Shown: positions 53,198 through 64,000 of the stretch, piece by piece
Position numbering within the stretch: position 1 is the first letter of the stretch
How the letters are laid out: every line of letters starts with the position of its first letter
Assembly: GCA_021613535.1 (NCBI GenBank)
Contig: CP075497.1
Coordinates: forward strand, 10,726,001 to 10,790,000
Direction of reading: 5' to 3'
Source of the DNA: Adineta vaga
Lineage: Eukaryota > Animalia > Rotifera
Length of the DNA: 64,000 bases
Made by a program: the position numbers and the translations under genes
The notes under the pieces: generated by a model
The model's input: only the letters and a program-made list of their open reading frames with translations
Told to the model about the DNA's origin: nothing
Databases searched by the model: none

Positions 53198-54889
53198 ATG
53201 TCTAGTGACGAAGCAACAGATGATCAATTTTCCTCTGAAAATCATAATGATGGAACATGTCCATGTGGTCTATTTCATCTTCTACCACCCGAAATTTGGT
53301 AAGTAAAGTTAATTCAATCGCTTTTATTCTCTTGAAAATATGAATAACATTTCATTGTAGGTTAAATCTCTTTGGTTATATGTCAGCTGAATTCATCGTT
53401 GAAAATCTTAGTCTTGTTTGTAAACCACTTCGAAGATTGATTCTTTCATCTCAATCCTATTGGAAATATCGTTATGAACGACGTGTTCGTGCACCATATC
53501 GATCAATACCAAATAAAAATCGTACATGGCTTAATGTTTGTCATCAACTTGAACGTATTGGACATGAATGGAAACAATGTGCTGAACAACATCAAAATAT
53601 TCTCTCAATATCTGGTGTTCATATCGGTCCAATTAGTGATACTATTCTTCTTGAAGTAAAATACAAAAAAAAAACTTCATTATTTCATTGAAAGATTTCA
53701 TTCATATAGGATGGTTATACATGTATTACTGGTAGTCGTGATTCATCTATATGTTGTTTGGATTTACGACGATTAGTTCGACCAGAAGAAACAAAAGTAT
53801 CGAATGCATTTAATTCACCCTATGTTGTCAAATGTGCACAGGATCAACAACAAGTAAAATCGATTGAAAAACTAGAGAAGTTTTCTCAATAATATGATTG
53901 ATTTATTAAGCGTTGGATTTGGTCACTTGATCATGATAAAAATATTCTATCGAGTACATCATCCAATTCAGAAATACGTCTTTGGGATTTAAATGAAGAG
54001 ATGCGTGAAATATCTCGAATAAAGTAGAAATTTATATTCTCAATCGAAACGAAATCATTATCTTCCATTTTCTTTCTCCGAAGATTACAAGCAACATTTG
54101 CAATGACACATCGATTGCAAGATTCATTACTCTATGCTGGAATCTACAATGGTCATTTACATGTTTATGATACACGGATCAGTAATACTGAAAATAATAA
54201 TTCTTGTATTCATAATGAACGTGTTACACCAAGAGGTTATATTCATGCATTGGAATTACAAGATAATTATATATTAGTAATGCATAAACCAAGTACATTA
54301 TGTATTTATGATCGACGAACATGGCAAAAAATTGAAAATGTTCCAGTAAATCTACCAGAGGAGATTTCGATAAACGATTTATTATTACTTTTTTTGTTAT
54401 AGTTAAATCTTGGCGAACGTGTTTCATCTTATTACAAAGATTCTCTTTTATTTCTCGGTGATAATGAAGGATATGTACATGTATTTAATTGGAAACAGGA
54501 TCATTGTGAATTTGTTGAAGTATTTTCTTTCATAAAACTGTTTTATATGATAGAAAGAATGATTTATTTATAGAAAATTCGAACGGAACATAATTGTCCA
54601 ATCACTGCATTACATCATAGTCGAGGTATTCTTCAAACATGTACGGCTTCAACAAAAACTTTAGCAATCGATCAGTTATCAACTCCAATAATACATCTCG
54701 ATCAAATTGTAGCCGATACATTCGATCAACATCTTTGTGTAAATGAAAAAAAATGAAATATCTTATTGATTAACTATTGTTTATATTTAGATGGCTGCAA
54801 ATGATTATGGTTTAACAGTTATTGGTGGAAGTGATAATAATTTAATTACGATTTATCGTGATGAATTTCGACGTTGGTATACTTTATAA
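53198..54889 (+). CDS. F-box/WD40-repeat protein (FBXW9/MEC-15-like)
   Basis: F-box LFHLLPPEIWLNLFGYM...LSLVCKPLRRLI...YWKYRY, then WD repeats HIGPISDTILL...TGSRDSSICCLD, WIWSLD...IRLWDL and LHVYDTR. Confidence 0.8.
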
Positions 54890-57582
54890 TATAATCAATC
54901 AGATGTCTTACTCATCCGTCCAAATATTCATGACTTTTCTTTTCCTTCTTTTTTTTAAATAAAAATAATAATCAATGAAGAAATTCATTTAGACAAATAG
55001 ATTTATTAAGCAGCATAATGTTCATTGATGATTTTTGATTGGCAAAGTGTTTTTTTAGTGTCTGCTGAGATATGATAATCAATCATGAAGACAAGAAACA
55101 GAACAATACAAGCAAAACTCCGACTGAGATTTGTCTTCTTCTCATAGAATGTCGAAAGAAAAGTGAACGATGGCATTTATTCAAACAACAGGATGATATT
55201 GCTTGAACATCTTTACTGCTGTGACATGGCTTTTAGCAAAGCAAACATGTCGATAGTCCTGCTGTGTTTTCAAAGATTTCTATTTCAATTTTCAACGAAA
55301 GAAAAACGCGTCATTCGATTAATTCTAACCATCTGAATTCAATGAAATAAAACGACGTTTGTTACATGTTCATTGCCCATCGGCTACAAGATGTTTCCTT
55401 CTTGTTTTTCAGTCAACCTTTTCAATTTAAGCAATAATCGTCTGTCGATAATTTGCGTTTGCCTTAAGTAATCAAGCACAGATTCCATCTGTATTTTGCC
55501 CATCAAAGAGAACATGTCTTTTTCTTTTGCTTAACATCATCATTATCATGGGATTTCATTTTTGCCGAGTGTATGAAATAGAAAAAAGAAAACAGAAAAA
55601 TTCATCTTTTAAACATCTTACTTACCGAAATGATCAGATACATTAAAAATGAAATGTTTTTTTCTAAGTAAGAGAAAATGTTTATATAAAAAATAACAGC
55701 ATCGGCATCTCAATGAAACGAGACACTCTTCTTTCTGGCACATGTGTGTTTGATCAATAAAAGCTTGAGTACATTACATCAGATAGAAATTCAATGAAGA
55801 TCAGGGGCTTCGAAAAATCTAATGGATCGAAAATAAGATGTAATTGAAGAAGATGAAAAAAAAGGAGAAGAACATTGTTTTACGCCCTAAGGAATGTTTG
55901 AATTTTTCTTGGTATCTTTTCATTGACACATGAAAACACTTGTTTTCATCGAAAGAAAAATAGTTGAGATACTAAAAGTTGAGAATGTAACGCAGGCGTC
56001 TTAGGGAGGGAGGAGGTGAAGGCTATTTTAGTATTTATAGGAAGCAAATAAACAGTAAAAAGTTCTACGTCGCTGTTTTTTATTTGTCATTCATGAATCA
56101 TTTTCAGCTGATTGTATCAAAAGAAAGTTTTGTAAGTACATATTTTCATTAATGATAATAAATATAAACCAATCAATTGATTTCGAATACAAAGCAAAGA
56201 TTTATCTCTTTTTGTCTCTTTTTAAATTTTAATCATGAAGATGTTGTTCTTTGATACATTCTTTTATTCTTCTTCAAGTCTGATTTATCCTTTCTATTCA
56301 ATTCATATTAGAAGATAACACAATGTAGTTCGACACTCTTCATGTCTGTGTTTATACAAGAAAGGCAATGTAGAACTCATAGAGAAACTTTTCTATATCC
56401 TAATTGTTTTTTAAATGTCTTCTGTCTGCATAGCGAAGAGAAGAAGAAGAAGAAGAGATCATATCCATTGCTCTGTTAGTTTGCATGTCGTTGCCATCGA
56501 GCGTTAATGATAGAGATGTTAGAAAGATGGGTCCATCTGCATCTGCCAAACAGACAGAGCAGAAAAAGAAAAAAAAGACCTATCATCAACCATTTTTCTT
56601 CTTCTTCGAGCGCATCTCTTCATCATCCAATCATGCCCGCTTCTTATAAACAACATGCCAATCGTCGTCTCATCAACACATCTTGCATCCGCTCTCACCC
56701 TTTGACTATCATCATCAGTTCTCTATTCCGTTTTCTTTCTGCTTGAGAAGAAAAGAAGAAGAACAAGAAGGAAAAGAAAAATATATGACTTTTTCTTCTC
56801 TTTTCGCTCTCTTTTACAGTTGGTTAATGGATCGAAGCGATTGAAGTCAAACAACCAATGAAAAAACGAGTATCCCAACGAAGAAAGAGAAAAGAAGATG
56901 AGTTCTTCCTCTTTAGTGAAAAAGATCTGCTTTTTTTCTCCTTTTGCTTCTTTTTCTTTTTCTTTTTCGAATAAACACAAGAAGAGGTCGAACAAATCTA
57001 AACACACTTATTCTGCCAGTGTATATGTATTTCCCGTTTGTCGAATTTGTAAACGACTCATTACTTATGTCTCAAATCTGTCAGGCTTAGTTTCTTTTCT
57101 GCTATTGCTGTCTCATCATCAATGGCATAAACATTTTGTTTCAAAAATATACATATCGAGATATCTCTATATTGTCTTCCGCTTTTTTCCTGTTGTCATC
57201 ATCATTATTATTATCATCATTATTATTATTTCTAATAGTAGTTGTTGTTGTTGATATTGTATACAACAAACGACTAAGATAAAACAAATTTGTCTATATA
57301 CATAGATAGATTTCTATATGTTTATTAAAACTCTTCTTCTAGAATAAACAACACGACAATAGGCAAGATTTATAGACAGGTAGGTGGGATTGTCTGATAC
57401 TATTGTTTATCAGAATGTAATAAAACATTTGTTAGTATATATATATATATATCTTAATTGATATCGTACTCTATTAAAAGACAAGAAAAACTTGTTTCTC
57501 ATTGATTTCATCACTAAATTAAAGTTTATTCGGTTAGTTCATCGTCAACTTTTTTTCATTCTTCTAGACTTCGAAATAGTGT

Positions 57583-59421
57583 ATGGTGATAATTGAGCAA
57601 TCATCTTCAACAATTGACACTTGTCAAATGAATATCAAAATCGATACCGATAAACCCGTTACATTGTCGATCAATACGACAAATGAACATCATCATTTGC
57701 ATACGACATCAACACCCACATCTATCTATCATCCACGAAATCCTCCAACAAATAGTCCAATGAATGGTAATACAACAAACCCAGGTCATTTCCATCATCA
57801 TACGCATTTATATAATACAACTACTGGTTATAATTATGGATCAGTTCCACCAACAGTTCCATCATCAGCTAATTATTATTCAATGCAACCAAATAATCTT
57901 TATAATGATCCGTATTCGCAATGTTCACCTTATTGGAAAGTCGCACCCACTACTTCAACATCATCATCTGATCATTCAAAAGGAAATAATAATCATTCAA
58001 ATCGTCTTTCCTTCCCTCTAGACCATCCTCATCCATCCAATATGCATTATAATTCATCTTCATCGGCAGGTTTATCTTCTCAAATCGATATTAAATCTGA
58101 ACATTCATCACCAATGAAAAATATGCATTCAACAATGTCAGGTGAAGATGATTCAAATGAAAGTCATCCAACAGGTACCGAAGAAGATGACGATGAGGAA
58201 GAAGAAGACATGGATTTAAAAACACCTGAAAAGGACGAATCGAATAATACATCAAATAATGCACCAAGAAAATCCAATCGTCGAGCAGAAAAACCACCAT
58301 GTAAGAATAAGTCTTTTTCTTATTATTAAGTACAATACTAATATCATATGTTATGTTTAGATTCATATATTGCACTGATTGTCATGGCGATTAATAGTAC
58401 GCCAACAAAAAAAATGACATTATCAGAAATCTATTCATTTTTACAACAAAGTTTTCCATTCTTTCGATCAACATATATGGGATGGAAAAATTCTGTTCGA
58501 CATAATTTAAGTTTAAATGAATGTTTTATTAAATTACCCAAAGCAATGGGTAAGTTTTTGTAGAAAAAAAAAATTAAAAGAATTTTCTCTTTTTTTTCTT
58601 GTTTAAAATAGGTCGAGCTGGCAAAGGGCATTACTGGACGATTGCACCTGATTCGGATTGTATGTTTGATGATAATTGTATGCGAAGAAGACCTAGAGGT
58701 GATTAATTGCTGTTTTTATCTTTTGTTTTTAACGTTTATTTTTGTTTTCTTTTTTCATGTAGGATTTCGACGAAAATTAGGAAAACAACCAGTATATCCT
58801 AATCTTCTAGGTCAAATTGATTCAAATGTGTCAGGAGCAGCAAATGGCACAGCAACATCATCATCATCAACATCAGTTCTAGATCCAAGTGCTATTGGTT
58901 CTTACAATTCAAATCCATCATCATCATCACCTTCAACATCTACCGGTGTTGGAGCTGGAAATTATTTTGATCTTAGTAATTATGCTGCTTCATCGTCAAC
59001 AGCATCAGCAGTCAATGGACATCATTCGTCAGATCTCTATGCAGCTGCAGCTCTCATGGCCTCATATTCTTCTACTTACCCTCATCGTTCTCATTTTACA
59101 ACAAACAATTCATCTTGTTCTTCATCAGCATCGTCAACAACAAATACGACTGCCTTATCGACAAATGCAAGGATTACAGATGAGACAGATTCAGGATCTC
59201 ATGCACATTTTACTAATAATGTACATTATGCATCAGGACCATCTCAATCAGCTTATTTCTCATATGGAAATCCACCAACACATCCACAAACAAGTTCCTC
59301 ATTTGATCCACATAATCATTTCTATGCCAATCCATTTGCTGGTTTTCTTGATCAAAAACATGCTCTTTTACCGGCAACATTGTCCTGTTATGATCATCAT
59401 CCATCGTCATCGAACTATTAA
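57583..59421 (+). CDS. FOXF: Forkhead box F transcription factor (FoxF/biniou)
   Basis: Forkhead domain split by 3 introns: [18 protein letters not shown]...[57 protein letters not shown]...RRRPRGFRRK, an F-class pattern. Confidence 0.9.
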
Positions 59422-60006
59422 ATTCATTCTCTTTCTTTTTGCTGATTTGCGTGTGTATTTCTTCTCTTCATTTTCTCATTCTCTCTATTTCTCTCTTTCT
59501 CGTGTTCTGTTCTTTCGATGATCTCAAAGATCGTTTGTGTTTGTTTCGTTTCCGGCAGGTGAAAACTTTCACTGAAATATGATGATGTGCAATTGACTAA
59601 TATCATTTAATGCATCAAGAGAAAGAGAAATCTGTATAGACAAATGTAACAATCGGATGCTTTGTTGATTGAATGCATCAATCGAAGATATGGTTGGTTC
59701 CTTCTTCCTTTCCTACTGTGAAATCTCGCCAATAGATCGATGTCATTAGATTGTTTGTCTCATCAGGAGACAGAAAATCGATGATATCAATCCATCAAAT
59801 TGATGATAGATATCTTTTTCTCAATGATATAATCTGCACTTGATATCATCGTAGTAAATAGAGAATGATGAAGATCACGTATCCATCAAATCTCAATGAT
59901 GCCAGCGATATATTCTCGAATTATTCTATCAATAATTTATATAATAATACTGAATTTTATTAGTAGGAAAAATAGATTGCATTCAAGAAAAGTAACACAT
60001 GATTTG

Positions 60007-60684
60007 TTAGTTAAATTTAAGATTTTTATAAACTTCAGTTGCACTATCAACGAATTCTAAAAAAAGAAACAAACGATTTATTTTCTTAAAAATGATTTCA
60101 AAATTCAAGTATTACGAACGTTCATAAGTCACTTTACAATTGGCATCTTCTTGAAATTTTTTATTAAATATATTAATTTGATCTTGATTTAATTCTTTGC
60201 CTTTTTCTTTCATCACCTGTTCAAATTCTTGTTTATCAACACATCCATCACCACTTACATCTAACAAAATATTTTCCTAACAAAACTCCACAATTTTTCT
60301 CATCTCTTACCAAATGTATTAAATAAATCACGTAAACCAAGTGTACTAGTTGGAATATATCGATTCATCATAACAGTAAATTCTTCCATCGTAATATCTC
60401 CACTTGCTACATAAAATCAACAGTGCATATGAAAGAAGATCTCAAAGATTATTTACTATCAGTATCAACAACTTTCATAAATGCAGCTAGTTGTTCTTCA
60501 GTCCATGGATGGCCTGAAACTGTTTCGACCAATTGTTTGATTTCATCTTGTGAAATAGAACCATCATGATTAGCATCAAACAATGAAAATAATAATTTCA
60601 ATTCTTAATAGAATAACATACTAAATATCAACGATATTTAGTTGAAGAAAGAAATTATTTACCGTGCGCATCATGTGTTGACAT
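60007..60684 (-). CDS. Calmodulin-like EF-hand calcium-binding protein, paralogue A (5 exons)
   Basis: Loops DANHDGSISQDE, DTDTSGDITMEE, DVSGDGCVDKQE and a degenerate fourth loop. Confidence 0.85.
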
Positions 60685-60931
60685 TTTAACTGAGAGAATA
60701 ACTTTGTTTTATCGAAAATATGATACTTAACTTTTCTATAACGTCATAGACCTCTTGAATAGATATGATAAAAAGAAGATATTTTCAAGGTAAATTATCT
60801 TTAGAATATCTCAGATGAAAATAATCAGAGGTAGAAGTAAGTTATTATATTTTATTTGAAAAAAGAAAATATTTTTTATTAAAATTTAAACTACAAAGAA
60901 ATTTTCTTTTATTAAATAATCGTTGTTTTGA

Positions 60932-61609
60932 TTATTTACTAAGATTACTATAATATTCATTAACACCTTCAACAAATTCTAGAAAAGATGAAATATTTTT
61001 AGTAAAAGTTATCGATTAAAGTCAAGAATACAGACGATCATAGGTAACTTTGCTATTTGCATCTTTTTGAAATAGTTTATCGAAAATACCAATTAACGTT
61101 TGATTTAATTGACTGTTGTTTTTCTTCACTAATTCAAATTCATCTTTTTCAACAAAACTATCTCCACTTGTATCTAAATTTCAAGAGAATAAATAACAAA
61201 CTCTAATATATAGAATTCTGTTTTACCAATTGTTCGAAAGATACTTTTTAGACCATAAGCACCTTGTGGAACATTAGTATTGATAAAAGCAATGAATTCA
61301 TCAACAGAAATATCACCACTATCTAAAAAATCGAAAAGATTTCTCTATGAAATACAATGAAAATAACATATGACTTACTATCAGTATCAGCGAGTTTTAA
61401 ATAATCAGTTACTTGTTGTTCAGATACTGGTGGACCATCTGGATCTGGTGATTGTAGTAATTGACGAAGTTCATCTTTGGTTAATGATCCACTATTATCA
61501 ACATCGAACAAAGCAAAAAGTAATCGTAATTCTTTGAAAGAAAAGTAAAAACAGGTAATCGATATCGAAATAGAAATAAATCATCCATACCTTTATCTTG
61601 TGTTGCCAT
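60932..61609 (-). CDS. Calmodulin-like EF-hand calcium-binding protein, paralogue B (5 exons)
   Basis: Loops DVDNSGSLTKDE, DTDNSGDISVDE, DTSGDSFVEKDE and a degenerate fourth loop; same intron positions as paralogue A. Confidence 0.85.
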
Positions 61610-62164
61610 TATGAATATGCTGCAAAATTAGTTCCGATATATCAGTACTTATATATATCAATGTAGATCTTATCTTATCATTTTTGCTGACGCAAATGCT
61701 CGAAAGTAAACACAGCATAAACATGATATCTTATGTGTTTAACTCTTGAAATAAATGACATATTTACGAATTATTCTTTCTAAAACAAAAATAGTTTGAA
61801 TATTTTTATCATCTTCTCTTCATTATTTTTTAAAATGAATTAAAGATATTTTATGAATACCTAAGATTTATTTGAATAACATTGTGTTCTCCAATTATTG
61901 ATAGATTGTATTCAATTTCATAATCATCGAAGTACTTCTTAGCTAATCCATTAGATGTCGTTAGATGCTGTCTTATGTATAACTTCAATTTGTAGATTTT
62001 CTATTGGATATCATCTATACCATCGAAATTTTTTCAATAATCATTTCCAATTCGAAAAAATTATCCATTGTCTTAATCAAATTCATTCTGTCTGTCTGTC
62101 TGTTGAAAACGATTGAAAAAAGAATTGTTGTTTTTGTCGTCAGTGAAATATTTCCATTTGAAAA

Positions 62165-62795
62165 ATGCCATTATCAATTGAGTCGGAAATTGATCTTCTT
62201 TATCATTTATCGACAATGTCTGAACATGTTTTACCTAAAGGAATCTTTTATCTTCTTCTTTGGAAACGTCTTAATCAATCCAGTATTCCACCAGCTTTTT
62301 CATTCAAAGAAATGGTTGATCATCTTCGTACGCTGTAATTACTTTCTTTTTCTCGATTATTTAGAAAGAATGATTCCATATTTTATTCTGAATAGATATG
62401 ATGAAAGCGTTTTTGATAATCCAGAATTACCAGAATCGAACGATCATGATTTCGAATGGCATCCTATAAAAAATAATCAAGAAGAAGAACCTCAACTGCA
62501 ATACAATGAAAAAGATTTATCCAATAAATCTGAAACAATAGCAACACTTCCAACTGCATCACCCGTCGTTGCTAAAACACGAAAACGTCCATCATCGCCA
62601 ACACCAAGTACGCCAAATAGTGATACTGGCCGTCGAAGTGGCCGTCAAAAACTTAATCCTCATCCAAAAGATGAAGATGAACAACAACAATCGAAAATTG
62701 AAAAACGAAAATCAACAAAAGATTCATCTCGAATATCAACACGATCTATACCAACAAATGATTCGATTGGTACACGTTTACGAGGACAAAAATAG
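62165..62795 (+). CDS. Probable MRG-binding protein (MRGBP/Eaf7/CT20 family, NuA4 subunit), 2 exons
   Basis: Exon 1 62165-62327 (MPLSIESEIDLLYHL...WKRLNQ...KEMVDHL) splices to 62365 onward (RMIPYFILNRYDE..PE...DFEW, basic tail RKRPSSPTPS). Spacing resembles MRGBP but identity is low. Confidence 0.5.
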
Positions 62796-62976
62796 AAATA
62801 GTTTTTCCAATATTGTACATAAGATTTTTCTTTCAGAAAGAAACGAAATGAGAACAAAAAAAAGAAATGAAAATAATTCTATATAGATAAAGAGATCTGT
62901 TATTCTAATGAATTTATATTGTAGAAATTACATTAAAAAAAAAGACATTTAAGAAAAGAAATAAAGAAAACTAATT

Positions 62977-63474
62977 ATGTCTCAAAATCCCAAACAAACT
63001 CATCCACAAATGCCAGCACCACAACTCAATCAGGATGAAACACGTGTCTTGGGTGAATGTGAAAAAGAATCATTAATTTATCGAAGTATACCATTAGGTT
63101 TGATATCATTCTTTGCAACACAATATGGAATGCAACGAAATATTATAACAACAAAAGCAAAATGGGTTAAACTCAGTGCAAGTTTATTTCTCGGTTATCT
63201 TATTGGTAAAATTTCTTATGCACCAACATGTCGAAAGAAAATTCTTACACAAATACCTGATAGTAATCTTGCACATGCAATTCGTAGTGGTGATCCTCGA
63301 CAGATAATTGCTGTTAGTCCTCAAGAAAATGATCATCAATCTTATTCAACACAATCATCAAGAGATCCACATGAAGCTGTTGTTTTTATACCTGATCCAG
63401 TTGAACCCGATACACATACAGTACCTGTAGGTGTGAATCAATACGGTGATCCAATATACAATATATCAAAATAA
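62977..63474 (+). CDS. OCIAD1: OCIA domain-containing protein (OCIAD1/asrij-like)
   Basis: ETRVLGECEKESLIYRSIPLG...KLSASLFLGYLIGKISYAPTCRKK...SNLAHAIRSG and terminal NQYGD. Confidence 0.87.
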   Translation: MSQNPKQTHPQMPAPQLNQDETRVLGECEKESLIYRSIPLGLISFFATQYGMQRNIITTKAKWVKLSASLFLGYLIGKISYAPTCRKKILTQIPDSNLAHAIRSGDPRQIIAVSPQENDHQSYSTQSSRDPHEAVVFIPDPVEPDTHTVPVGVNQYGDPIYNISK

Positions 63475-64000
63475 TTTATTTTCATCTTATTGACAAGATA
63501 AACTAACTTTTTCCTTCTCCTCTTTATCCCTTGTATGTATTGATAAAAGTAACTTTTTTTTTTCAACGATTGATTTACTTATTTCAGCGATTAGTTCTAG
63601 TAAATGTAGATGAATATCTTCTGTTTTCTTTTCAGAATTTACCAACTATCCCATCAAAACAATAATTGACAGAACATTATTATTGACCAAGAGAATTTTT
63701 TTTATCTTAATTGATCATACGCATGATTAATTTTTATGATAGTTATGTAGACCATATGGCTGCTCGAGTTTGACTACACTTTAAACATAAGATCAAAACA
63801 GTTGATCGAATACATTTTGTCTTATTCATTCATCATTTCTAAGTGTTTCATAGATCAAGACAAGACTGATATCTGACCAAATGATGCGAAACATTTCTAT
63901 TCATAGGAGAATTCTGAATCTTTCTCTTTTTTGTTTCACACGAGAGAATAAATTTAGACGACTTTTGATGATATCATCTGCTTTCGATTACGTGTAAAGA

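Noticed and set aside
56507-57254. ORFs upstream of FoxF
   Set aside because: Simple-repeat-derived, with no domain; likely 5'UTR or promoter.
61860-62085. Coding-looking minus-strand fragments (MDNFFELEMIIEKFR.../QHLTTSNGLAKKYFDDYEIEY)
   Set aside because: No consistent splice path without a stop; cannot support a gene.
62004-62364. N-terminal part of the supplied 263-aa ORF
   Set aside because: Better explained by an ATG exon in another frame plus an intron (MRGBP-like model).
1-64000. CRISPR arrays, tRNA/rRNA genes, intact transposons, prokaryotic operons
   Set aside because: No repeat-spacer periodicity, cloverleaf or rRNA motifs, or transposase/RT ORFs seen; the sequence is spliceosomal-intron-rich eukaryotic DNA.

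Overview
This is an AT-rich, gene-dense eukaryotic (metazoan) window with many short GT-AG introns (mostly ~45-65 nt), so the supplied ORFs are mostly exon fragments. Composition, intron size and a decayed F-box gene of a family I recognise from bdelloid rotifers point to a bdelloid rotifer scaffold (inference). I spliced 19 intact-looking genes by eye: CREBRF/REPTOR-like bZIP, an ankyrin-repeat protein, hnRNP K, rotatin, prefoldin 2, WWOX, an RS/Pro-rich disordered protein, a SorLA-like VPS10 receptor, SCAPER, exportin-5, AFF/lilliputian, SERF, MPV17L2, FBXW9-like, FoxF, two tandem EF-hand paralogues, MRGBP-like and an OCIA-domain protein. There is also an intronless, frameshifted exostosin/GT47-like glycosyltransferase and an F-box pseudogene. 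I saw no rRNA, tRNA, CRISPR array or intact transposon. The most interesting unexplained structure is: (i) four tightly packed co-oriented gene clusters with acceptor-like sites just before the ATG, suggesting operons resolved by SL trans-splicing; (ii) the intronless GT47 gene, a horizontal-transfer candidate with a 1-nt frameshift; (iii) fold-back stems in several of the longer introns, one with H/ACA-like geometry; (iv) domain erosion in WWOX and SorLA. All gene names come from motif recognition, not database searches. Exon boundaries are manual and approximate.
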